From Chiloscyllium plagiosum (Eukaryota), in assembly GCF_004010195.1 (NCBI RefSeq), contig NC_057720.1, forward strand, positions 11,025,181-11,089,180: 64,000 nucleotides of DNA, written 5' to 3'. The stretch's first letter is position 1; every line of letters starts with the position of its first letter. Under the pieces are notes generated by a model. That model saw only the letters and a list, made by a program, of their open reading frames with translations. It was not told the DNA's origin and ran no database searches. The position numbers and the translations under genes are program-made. This document shows, piece by piece, positions 49,120-61,044 of this stretch.

Positions 49120-51572
49120 TTTGTGGCCCCCATGTTCCTAATAGTCAACAGGAAATTGAGAAACAAACTTGTAATGAGATCTCTGTTATCTGTAAGAATA
49201 ATAGGGTGGTTATGGTAGGGGATTTCAACTTTCCAAACATAGACTGGGACTGCCATAGTGTTAAGGGTTGAGATGGTGAGGAATTTGTTAGGCATGTACA
49301 AGAAAATCTTCTGATTCAGTGTGTTAGATGTACTGACTAGAGAAGGTGCAAAACCTGACCTACTCTTGGGACATAAGGCAGACAGGTGACTGATGTGTCA
49401 GTGGGGGAGAACTTTGGGGCCAGCGACCATAATTCTATTAGTTTTAAAATAGTGAAGGAAAAGGATAGATCAGGTCTAAATTGGAGAAAGGCCAGTTTTA
49501 ACGGCAAGAACTTTCTAAAGCTGATTGGGAGCAGATGTTCACAGGTAAAGGGTGGCTGGAAAATGGGAAGTCTTTAGAAATGAGATAATGAGAGCCCAGA
49601 GACTGTATATTCATGTTAGGGTGAAAGGAAAGGCTGGTAGGTATAGGGAATGCTGGATGACCAAAGAAATTGAGGGTTTGGTTTAAAAAAAAGGAGGAAG
49701 CATATGTCAGATATAGACTGGATAGGTCGAGTGAATCCTTAGAATCTAAAGGCAGTAGGAGTATACTTAAGAGGGAAGTCAGGAGGGCAAAAAGGGGACA
49801 TGAACAGGGGGCTTTGGCAAATAGGGTTAAGGAGAATCCAAAGGGCTTTTATAAATACATTAAGGACAAAAGGGTAACTGTGGAGACATTAGGGCAGCTC
49901 AAAGATCAGCAAGATGGCCTTTGTGGGGATGGGGCGATGCTAAAGGAGTATTTTGCATCAGTATTTACTGTGGAAAAGGACATGGAAGATATGGAATATA
50001 GGGAAATAGATGGTGACATCTTGAAAAATGTCCACATTACAGAGGAGGAAGTGCTGGATGTCTTGAAACACGTCAAAGTGGATAAATCCCCAGGTGCTGA
50101 TCAGATGTACCCTAGAATTCTGTGGGAAGCTAGGGAAGTGATTGCTGGGCCTCTTGCTGAGATATTTGTATCATCAATAGTCAGATGAGATGCTGGAAGA
50201 CTGGAGGCTGGCTAACGTGGTGCCACTATTTTAGAAAGATGTTAAGGACAAGCCATGGAACTACAGACCAGCGAGCATGATGTCAGAGGTGGGCAAGTTG
50301 TTGGAGGGACTCCTGAGGGACAGGATGTACATGTATTTGGAAAGGCAAGGACTGATTTGGGATGGCTTTGTGCATGCGAAATCATGTCTCTCAAACTTGA
50401 TTGAGTTTTTTGAAGAAGTAACAAAGAGGATTGATGAGGGCAGAGCGGTAGATGTGATCTATATGGACTTCAGTAAGGCGTTCAACAAGATTCTCCATTG
50501 GAGACTAGTTAGCAAGGTTCGATCTCATGGAATACAGGGAGAACTAGCCATTTGGATACAGAACTGGCTCAAAGGAAGAAGGAGTGGTGGTGGAGGGTTG
50601 TTTTTCAGACTGGAGGCCTGTGACCAGTGGAGTGCCACAAGGATCGGTGCTGGGTCCACTACTTTTCATCATTTTATATAAATGATTTGGATGTGAGCAT
50701 AAAAGATATAGTTTGCAGATGACACCAAAATTGGAGGTGTAGTGGACAGCGAAGAAGGTTACGTCAGATTACAATGGGATCTTGACCATATGGGCCAATG
50801 TGTTGAGGAGTGACAGATGGAGTTTAATTTAGATAAATGCGAGATGCTGCATTTTGGGAAAGCAAATCTTAACAGGACTTACACACTTAATGGTAAGGTC
50901 CTAGGGAGTGTTGCTGAACAAAGAGACCTTAGAGTGCAGGTTCATAACTCCTTGAAAGTGGAGTCGCAGGTAGATAGGATAGTGAGGAAGGTGTTTGGTA
51001 TGCTTTCCTTTATTGGTCAGTATTGAGTACAGGAGTTGGGAAGTCATGTTGTGGATGTACAGGACATTTGTTAGGCCACTGTTGGAATATTGTGTGCAAT
51101 TCTGGTCTCCTTCCTATCAGAAAGATGTTGTGAAACTTGAAAGGGTTCAGAAAAGATTTACAAGGATGTTGCCAGGGTTGGAGGATTTGAGTTATAGGGA
51201 AAGATTGAATAAGCTCGGGCTGTTTTTCTTGGAGTGTCAGAGGCTGAAGGGTGACCTTACAGAGGTTTATAAAATAAAGAGGGGCACGAAGAAGGTAAAT
51301 AGACAAGGTCTTTCCCCTGGAGTGAGGGAGCCCAGATCTAGAGGGCAGAAGTTTAGGGTGAGAGGGGAAAGATGAAAAAAGAAACCTAAGGGGCAACGTT
51401 TTCATGCAGAGGATGGTGTGTGTTTGGAATGAGCTGCCAGAGAAAGTGGTGGAGGCTGGTACAATTGCAACATTTAAGAGGCATCTGGATGGGTATATGA
51501 ATAGGAAGGGTTTGGAGGGAAATGGGCCGGGTGCTGGCAGGTAGGACTAGATTGGATTGGGATATCTGGTCA
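49120..51572 (+). mobile_element. CR1 LINE ORF2 (APE to 3' UTR), ~2.45 kb, frameshifted
   Basis: [46 protein letters not shown]. Same subfamily as 31255(+) and 35508(-). Confidence 0.95.
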
Positions 51573-51660
51573 GTAAGACATTAAACGTCTCCCCTTTCTT
51601 GTCCCCAACCTGAAACGTATCTCAATCCCCCCACCACCACTGCTTGTCCCATTCCTAAAG

Positions 51661-51972
51661 TGGCCTGGTGACTCAGTGGTTAGCACTGCTGCCTCACAGC
51701 GTCAGGGATCCGGGTTCAATTCCAGCCTCAGGCAACTGTCTGTGTGGGTTTCCTCTGGGTGCTCCAGTTTCCTCCCACAGCCTAAATATGTACAGGTTAA
51801 GTGAATTGGCCATGTTATATTGCTCTTTGTGTTCGGGCATGTGTAGGTTAGGTGCATTAGTCAGGGGTAGATATAGGGTAAGGGGAATGGGTCTGGGTGG
51901 GTTACTCTTCGGAGGGTCGGTGTAGACTTGTTGGGCTGAAGGGCCTGTTTCCACACAGGAGGAATTCTATGA
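51661..51972 (+). mobile_element. HE1-type SINE
   Basis: A and B boxes, partial V-domain, CR1-like tail ttgggctgaagggcctgtttccacac. Confidence 0.85.
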
Positions 51973-53213
51973 CTTCTTCAGCACTATATCGATCCAACGT
52001 CAATCCCTTTTCAATAGCCTGCCTCACCTGCACTCCCCATCCCAGTCCAATGCCACTTCATTCCGTGGTCTGTCTCTCAATCCTTTCCCACCTCTTGTCT
52101 TTTACCTCATCTGTGTTTGACACTAGGCCCTTTGTCACTTTGAATGGCTGTCTCACCCATCTGACAGTGTTCATTTTCCCTTGCACTTTTCTTCCGCTGT
52201 AGTGTTGCAGTGGGAAATATTGTTATTGATGGCAGTGTTCAGGGTGGGTTGAAGGAACGAATAAGGGAACAGGATGATGCATCTCTCAGGATTTGTGCAA
52301 TACACTCTTCTGATTTTACAAATTTCTACTCGGCGTGCACTGGTCCTAATCATGAGAGATGGATTGTAGCTAAACAACATATCCCATGATTAATGAAACA
52401 GAATATAGAACAATAAGTAAAGTGAAAGATTCCTCTTATGTTGTTCCACTTTCATTACTGCATTCATTTGTAGATCCTTAAACCACAGAGGGACTGTGAT
52501 TGAATGTGCCTACGCTCGCTCTTTGAAAAGATATCCCTTTCTTTATTCAATCATGCGATGTGTGCATCACTAGCTCAGCCAGTAATTGATGTCCTTGAAC
52601 TGAGGGTCTTGCTCAATTATTGCAGAGGACAGTTAAGAGTCATCCACATTGCTGTGGGTCTGGAGTCACATGTAGGCCAGGTTAGGTAACTACAGCATAT
52701 TTCCTTCCTTAAAAAGGCAGGAACTAGATGGGTTTTTTCCAACAATTGAGTGTAGATTCACAGCCACCATCACGGAGACCAGTTTTCAGAATCCAGATTG
52801 ATTGAGTTTAAATTCCACTTACACTGTAGGTGGGTTTTGATCCAATCATCCATCAGAGTACTTGCCTGGGACACTGGTTACTCATTGAGTGGAATTACCA
52901 ATGCTCCAAAAGCCTGGAATACCTGGGGTGACGGTGCAAAAGTATTATTGCCAGACTGTTGACCCTGACATCCATGACTGATGGTGGAATGTGTATTCAG
53001 TAAAATTCAACTAATTAAGAAATTTAATGGTGACTATGAAACCATTGTTGGGGTAAATCCCATCTGATTCAGTACGTCCTTTCAGAAAGGAAGCTGCTGT
53101 CCTTATGTGGTCTGGGCTGCATGTGACTCCAGAACCATAGCAATGTGGTTGACTCTGAACTGCCCTCTAGGCAATTGGGGATGGGCATTAAATGCTGGCC
53201 GAGCCAGTGATTC

Positions 53214-53241
53214 CTGAAGAAGGGCTCATGCCCGAAATGTC
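53214..53241 (+). ncRNA. Hammerhead core (family A) in stub 53212-53339 nested in a SINE
   Basis: CUGAAGA-A-GGGC(UCAU)GCCC-GAAA-UG-UC; TSD agccagtgat at 53202-53211 and 53340-53349. Confidence 0.68.
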
Positions 53242-56047
53242 GATTCTCCTGCTCCTTGGATGCTACCTGACCTGCTGCGCTTTTCCAGCAACACATTTTC
53301 AGCTCTGATCTCCAGCATCTGCAGTCCCCACTTTCTCCTAGCCAGTGATACACACACTCTGTGAATGAATTTTTAAAAATCCCTCCCTAAGTGCATTCTG
53401 AGCCTCTTATGGCATGTGGACTGCAGAAGTTTAAGAACAGAGCACTGGGATGAAGAGGCTGTGCTTCATTGAAAGTGAAATAATTGATTTGTGTCCCTCT
53501 CTGTAAGATACCCTGCAGACATCTTCTAAGGCTGGTACAGTACTGCCTCTCTTAATAAAGCTCACAGCGTCACTGATCTCACTTTTGCCCTTGGCTGTCA
53601 CATGGAACATCAGAAACATCAGTCAATCTTTTCAGAGCTTTAGACTCCGTATGAGCAATGGTTGGGGCAAAGGAACAAGAGCACAAAAGTGCTGTCATCT
53701 AGAGTGACAGCAGCTTCATTCTGGCCCGACCTTGCTTGTTGAGAATGTGCTTTTATAATTTAGTCAAGGGCTGCAGTCCTGTCTGTTGCACAGAATTTAG
53801 GCACAGGAACAGAATATTCAGTCCAACTGTGGTTACAGAAATATAGTCAAAAATGTGCAGGCAAGCTGGTAAATTGCCCCGTAGATGGATTAGCCATAGT
53901 AAATGTGGGGTTACTAGGATAGAGTGGCGAGAGGTCGGGTTGGGAAGCTCTTTGAGGGTCATGCTGACTCGATGGGCTGAATGGTCTCTTGACGCTGCAG
54001 GGATACTATAAGTAGGCCATTCATTCCTTTCAATCCTGCTCCTCGGATGCTGCCTGACCTGTGCTTTTGCAGCACCGCTCTGATCTAAACTAAAATCATT
54101 CAATATGACAATCGCTGTTCATCCAACTCAGTGTCTTATACCCATTTTCCAACCCTCGGGTCCCTTTAACCCCAAAGAAATATATCTATCACTCTCTTGT
54201 AAATGTTCAATGTTATGTTGCATAGAAGCTACCACCTCCCATAGTACTTGCTTCCTGTCACCCGACTAATATATTCTTCTGTTTCTCCTGACCTCAGGCT
54301 GTATCATTTCACATTATAGCTGCAGGCATCAGCTTAGGCTAGGGGTGGCTTTCTTACACTGTTTGAAAATTGTTGGTTTAAGTGTCCAGAAAGATGAAGA
54401 CATAACCCAGGCCTACAGCTGAGCACTCCCTTAACTACTGCACTGCTGGAGTCATTCCCTTTCCTACATTACAGCACTGACTTTAAAGCACTTTGGCACA
54501 GCTTGTGAACTATACATAACTGCAATTCTTTTTTTCAGTTGGGCAATGCACTGGGAAATATCAGAGCACTGTAACTCTATCACTTCATCTTTAAAAATCG
54601 CCTGTAATTGGCATGGAACATTGTGTACTACTGAGCAGGTTCCATGTGTGTGGGGAATGAGCAAAATGTCTAAGAGTTTCCATTTTCCTTTGCTGCTGCT
54701 CTGTGGAAGTCACTGAACTTTAACATTAAAGTACATTGTGATATGCGGCAGTGGTGAAACGTAGACCGGTAGGTGTGGTTCCTGTTTCCCAGAATTTGTA
54801 GGTGTGGACTTGTTGGGCTGAAGGGCCTGTTTCCACACTGTAGGGAATCTAAGAAACTAAGAATATGGAGGCTTGGAATGAGAAGGTTTCAGTTTGGAGT
54901 TGGGATATTCAGGGGAATGTGAAGTAACACTTCTTCATGGATAGTTGGAATCTGAATCTCTCCCTCCCAGTGATGCTGCTAGGGCTGGGAGCTGATTGGG
55001 AACAGACCTGAGTTTGCTTGTCTCCTGAATTAGCTTCCAGAGGGACATTATCACTTGGCCGGGATATTCTCTCCGCCCTTCAGGCACTTTGCCTGTATTC
55101 CTAATGAAGGGCTTTTGCCCCAATCGTTGATTTTACTGCTCCTCGGATGCTGCCTAAACTGCTGTGCTTTTCCAGCACTACTAATCCATATTCTCAGGAC
55201 CCCTTTTTATTGGCCTGGCCCCAACTTGGCCAACAATTCCTGGTGGGGGCTTACCTCTTGAAACTGGAAGGCCCGTTAGAGGCCTTTCTGTTTGAAAGGG
55301 GTAGCAGGCTGTATTAGTAGAAAGGAAGCAGCGACGGCACAAAGTCAGGGAGGAGACATCCACTCTCCAACACTAAAGAGATCCATGTGGCTGGAGCACC
55401 TCTGTGGAGGGAAGCCCTTTTCATGTTAACCAGTGACTGCTCTCACCCCCAGGGTAAACAAGGGATGGTCTTCGAGTCAGTCAGGAACACAGGACAACTC
55501 CACCTCCCTGCCCCCCACCTCGCACCCACCCCTGACTGCTGATACGCGCCCACCCCTAAAATGACCATGTTGCTGGGGGAAACCAGAGGCTAACTGGAAA
55601 ATTACTTCTCTAGTCCAATTTAGTGAGGCCCTCAACAAGTCTAATCAGCTACCTGTCACATGTCCAGCAGTGGGACAAATCTTTGGCCTTAAGTACGTCC
55701 AGGGCCCAGCAGGGGTCAAAAATCCTGCCTCGGGTAGATCTTTGTTCGGTGACACTTACAGAACCAGGAGTTGTACAGGCAGCCCTATGAAGAAGGACTG
55801 AGAATAGGCCATTCAGCCCTTTGAGCTTGCTCTGCCATTCAATAAGATCACAGCTGATGTGATTTTAATCTCAGTTCTATGTTCCTGCATATCCCCTAAT
55901 AACCTTTTCATCCTCTTGGTCATCAAGGGATTATTACCTTCAAAACACTTCAAGATTCTGCTTCCACTGCCTTTCGAGGAAGGGAATTCCAAAGACCCAC
56001 AACCCACTGAAAGAAGAAAAATGTTTCCTCATCGCTCTGATGACCCC

Positions 56048-56346
56048 TTATTTTAAATCTATGCCCCCTAGTTCTGGATTCTCCCGCAAGAGGGCAAAGT
56101 TTAAAAATCACACACTAGGTTATAGTTCAACAGGTTTATTTGGAAGCACTAGCTTTTGGAGCGCTGCTCCTTCTTCCACAACGTACTCCACAACCATTAT
56201 TTTAAATCTATGCCCCCTAGTTCTGGATTCTCCTGCAAGAGGGCAAAGTTAAAAATCACACACACCAGGTTATAGTTCAACAGGTTTATTTGGAAGCACT
56301 AGCTTTTGGAGCGCTGCTCCTTCTTCCACAACGTACTCCACAACCA
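56048..56346 (+). repeat. ~150-bp tandem duplication spanning a CR1 / PLE family B junction
   Basis: Units 56048-56196 and 56197-56346 are near identical. Confidence 0.9.
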
Positions 56347-56990
56347 TCTGATGAACCTGGTGGGGGGGGGGTGTGATTTTTAACTTTGTCCACCCCAGTC
56401 CAACACCGTCTGCTCCACATCATGGCCCGCAAGAGGAAACAGCCTTTTAACATTCACCCAGTCAAATCCCCTCAGGACCTTCTATATTTCAGTCACCTCT
56501 GACTCTTCTAAACCCCAAAGGATACAGGCCTAGCCTGTCTAGCCTTTCCTTAGAACACAAACCACTCATTCAAGTATTAGTCTAGTGAGCCTTCTCTAAA
56601 CTGTAGCCAATGCATCAGAGTCATTCTGTGGCACAGAAAAAAGCCATTCAATTCATCATGTCCATGCTGGTCAAACATAACCAGCTAACTATTCTAAAAC
56701 CCACTTTTCAGCACTTGCCCCTTACCCTTCGATGCCTTGGTAAGTATGATGACCAGAACTGTGCTCAATACTCCAAATCATTGCCCTGTATAACTGAAGA
56801 GTAGGGTGAATGTAGTTAAAATAGCAACCTGCCAGGAGCTAAATGAATAGCCGAATAGGCCCAAGTGACTGAATGACTTCCTCCAGCAACTTTTAGCCTC
56901 AGTTTCTCTTAAGATATTTCATCTTTTTCCAGCAGTGTGTCCAGACTAACAAGTATTTTCCTGTTTCTCTCTCCCACCCACCCCTGACAG

Positions 56991-57200
56991 TGGAAGTTGA
57001 TTTTTTTTGTGGTGGGTTTGATTCTCGTGGTCCCGCTGTTTGTGATGGTTGTCCAGTACATACACAGCAACCCTTCACTTCTCCTCCCACCGTACCTAGG
57101 CCAAGGTGGAATTTTCAACAGAACAAGAGTTTTCAGTCATCCGAGAGAGAGTCCACAGCTCCATGATTTGCCTGGATACATCAGTATGACAACATTACAG
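56991..57200 (+). CDS. ST6GALNAC3: Exon 2 of an ST6GALNAC3-like sialyltransferase (type II transmembrane anchor and stem)
   Basis: Polypyrimidine tract plus cccctgacag acceptor; donor cag|gtaaac; 210 nt, phase 0-0. WKLIFFVVGLILVVPLFVMVVQYIHSNPSLLLPPYLGQGG...LPGYISMTTLQ resembles recalled human ST6GALNAC3 exon 2 (FLFLLVVRLVNEVNFPLLLNCFGQPG...GYINVKTQE). No sialylmotif exon was found in the window. Confidence 0.78.
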
Positions 57201-59556
57201 GTAAACATTGACATACTGTATCAGTATCAGGATGAGGAAATGAAAACTGACCCTTCACTCTCTTTTACAAAACTCAAAACAAATTCTTGCATTTACTGAA
57301 ATAACGATTATACATTATATGCTATACCATATAAAAATATAATTATTAAGCTATTTAACCCACCTTAGGCAAGGAATGGCACTGTACTCTCGATGCACTT
57401 CTCAAATGTTCTATGCAATTGAAGCAGGATCTGTGTTTCTTTACTCCAATCCACTTCCGATAATGGCTAACAAACCACTTGCATCTTGGAATGCTTGATG
57501 CACTCACGCACGATGTTGCAGTGACTTATGAACAAGTGCACAAAGACCCGCTTTGGACAAAAACTGCTCTTCCCCTTCATTCCTCCTCTCACGTTGGATA
57601 ATCGTGCGCTTACCTACATTACGTTCCATCTGCCAGGCGCTTACCCACTCGCGGTCAGACTAAATCCCCTTGAAGCCTATCTTCGCAACTCACAATTCCA
57701 ACTTCCCAAGGGTAACTCCAGGAGGCAGTGCTGCATTGTTGATGGTGTGCTTTTTGGATGAACTCCAAAGCTAGAGGTCCCACCTGCCCTTTCAGCTGGG
57801 CACAAAAGGTCGTGTGATGTTGCTTCAAAGAATAGCAGGAGGCTACTTGCGAATTTGTGGGCACTGTGACGTGGTGACTTGGAATACTTTCCACAGTTTT
57901 GTTCACGTAAAAGTACACATGACAATAAATTTCTATTCTGTTCTATTCTAATTCTATTCCAATGGTCTGACCAACATCAAAGGCACAAATGGGTACTTAG
58001 TTTTACTTCTCATTCCTTTTCTTTCATTCATTTATTTCTTCATTCATTGTTTATTCAGTTCAGTACCCCATTCATTCTTTAGTGGTTCCAGTGCCCCCAC
58101 AGATCAAGCTGTAGGTAAATTCCAAAGGTGGATTTCATTGGTTGCTCTGGTCACTGCCCACCACCCTCCTTTCTCCCTCCTCAAAAGTCAGCAGAGAACC
58201 TACCCATGCTTCCCAAGGCTGCCTAGCAGCAGTTTAACACTGGGAAGAGTGCTCATCGCTTTGTGCTGAGGCTGCTGCCCCCGTTTCGGGAGAGGTCCCA
58301 CCTGAGAGAGCCGGTCATTGACATTGCTGTGGTCCCAGCTGCACCAAGTGTGCGGCAGTCTGTGCAGTCCCGCCACCAGGAGGAGCTCAAGTCAATCCAG
58401 GGTCTGGGGCCGAGGTGAGAGACCTGAAGAGGGGGCGTGGAGCTGGGTTCAAGTGATCGGGGGTGGGGAGGGTACATTGGTAGTGGCTGACCCTGTTTGG
58501 GAAGTGGGGGGTGGGCAGGACAAGCCTTTCTTGGCCCCAGCAGGCATGAAAAGAATGTTCTCACCAATCCTCCCTCAACTTTGCCCTGAGTAGCCCAAGC
58601 TGTTGGTCCTCCTCCATGTTGAGGGCTGTTTTCTGTCCCATGTAATATGCACAGGGTATCCTTTGTTGCTTGTACCAGTTCAGGGATGTCAGTGATGGGA
58701 GGACACATGTTAGATTTTTCATACACCTCCACCTTCAAACGTCCCGGGAAGAGAAGCAGGAGTGTAACCCCAAGTATTGGTCTCACTGAAGGAATAACTT
58801 CCTGATATCAATCATATAAGTTACTCATCAATCTGTTCAGAGGTATTATGGAACACCTCTGGAACTGGTGGGACTTGAACGCAGGTGTCTCAGGGACACA
58901 ACCACTGGACCAGAAGAACCCTCTTAATAGCAATTTTATTTTTTGTTCTTCTCTGTGTAATAATGTGCAACGGACTGACCGACAGACAGAATTACTCTGC
59001 ACTAAGGGTTTGACATCAGCATGAAATGTACCTCTTTCATATTTGGAACCTGTGTCCATCTTGCACCCACGCAATTTAATTTGAAGTGATTTCCTTGGTT
59101 TATCTTGCTAACCGATTGACCATCTTCAGGCCACTGTAAGATCACACTTTAGATGTCCCCATCCATGAAAATAAAGATCTGCATTGCTATAGCACCTTTA
59201 ACAACCTCCGGATGTATCGAAGCTCTTTAAAATGAAGCATTTTTTCAACCTTTCATCACTTGTAAGCTGGGAGATACTGCAGCCAAGTTGTGCACAGTAA
59301 GCTCCCACAAATAACAATAAGATAAAAGCCGGATTATATGCATTCAGGTATTGATTAGGGGACAAAGATTGACCAGAACACCAGGAGGACTGTCTTGATC
59401 TGTGTTGAAATAATGTGTAGGAATGTTTTTCTTTTCTTGAGAGAGCAGATGGCGCCTGTGTTTACTATTCCAGTAAAAACTTGGCATCTCCAACAGTGTC
59501 GCTTCCGCTTGGAGTATCATCTGAGATTATTATACCCAGGTTACCAGAGTAGGACT

Positions 59557-59885
59557 CGTAGAATCCCTACAGCGTGGAAGCAGGCTATTCAGCCCATCGA
59601 GGCCACAATGACCCTCTGAGGACCATCCCACACAAACCCATTCAGCTACCCTACCCCTGTAACCCTGCATTTCCCATAGCCATCCACCTAGCCTGCACAT
59701 CACTGTGCAATTTCCCATGGCTAATCTGCCTAACCATCGCATCATAGGAGGAACCCCGGAGGAAATCCATGCAAACACTGGGGGAATGCGCAAACTCCAC
59801 AAAGACTGTCATCCAAGTATGGAATCGAACCTGGGTCGCTGGTGCTGTGAAGCAGCAGTGCTAACCTCTGAGCCCCCATCCCGCC
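59557..59885 (-). mobile_element. HE1-type SINE
   Basis: Reverse complement has the tRNA head (ggctcagaggttagcactgctgcttcacagc), V-domain and CR1-like tail. Confidence 0.85.
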
Positions 59886-61044
59886 TGTGGGTATGTGCTC
59901 ACAACAATTTGGCTCCAAGCTGCAAAGACTGAAAGCTGAGAATTGGCTGAGAAATGAAGCAATATCTTATTTATTTGTTGAAAGGTGGATGTTCCCAAGC
60001 CACTGCAGCAGCCAACCTTTTCCCAACACAACCCTGGTCGTTATTGAATGGACAGGTTTATAATGAGCAGCATATTCTGGAACAGCAGAACTTTTCATCC
60101 CATCCTTTGAGCTCCTTTCTCTAATTTTTCTTCTGTTGACTTTGTTTAAATCCTGCAGAGCTCTTCTGTGCAAATGAATTACAAAAAGCCTGTCTATAGT
60201 TCTCCATTCAGATTGACTATGTTATTTTAAAGCAACTGATGAGATCAATTCCACTTGCTGAACATCTTGTGTGGGATCAAACATTTTGTTAAGGCAGTAG
60301 TGCAGCCATTATCAGGTTACTCTTAGCTGGCCCAGTCCAATAATTAGACAGTGTTACCAAATTATAGCCTTTCCAAACATATGTCCTTTCTGAAAGTGCT
60401 CACTGCACTGACGAAACGATGAGGCTTTCAGTCAAAGTGAATCATAAATAACAGGAGCTGGCATAGTCAATCAAACCAATTGGACTTTGCGCGTTAGGAT
60501 TTGAAACTAATCAATAACGCAAGGAGCTAATTCTGATCTAATCAATGTTAGAGCTACAGAGAAAGAAACAAAGAAAAAACTTGCATTTCTGTGGCACCCT
60601 TCCCACCCTCAGGATACCCCGTTGCAGCCAATGAAATATTGGCAAAATGTAATCATGGTTGAGATGTAGGAAATGTGGCAGCCAATTTGCACGCAGTAAG
60701 ATCTCACAAAATGGCAATGGTTAGATAATCTTTAGTGCTGTTGGGGCAGGTCAGCAGTTCAATGGGGTGCAGTTTTGTTCTGTCTTAGAGTGCATACAGG
60801 ATTTACACCTTATCTGAAAAACAACATCTCCAAATTCCTGCAGTACTGCATTCTCATTGCAAGCTTGGAGAACCAATTACTAAAGATGTTTGCATGGGTG
60901 TGCCTCATTTGCCAGCAGTTGTGGTTCTATGCCCAGTTATGTGAACTTGGCTGTATTATAAGTCAATGCCAACAGGCATATATTTAGTAGCAGGCCATAG
61001 CTTGAACAGATCCACTACAAGGCTGGTTCCTTGAGGATTCTGGG

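Noticed and set aside
58253..58786. 177-aa minus-strand ORF
   Set aside because: GC-rich, repeat-like sequence with no recognisable motif or splice support.
60140..60230. Possible ST6GALNAC exon 3 (acceptor followed by SSSVQM)
   Set aside because: Lacks the C-x2-C-A-x-V and RMN-x-AP sialylmotif L residues and hits a stop after ~23 codons; exon 3 is presumably beyond the window.
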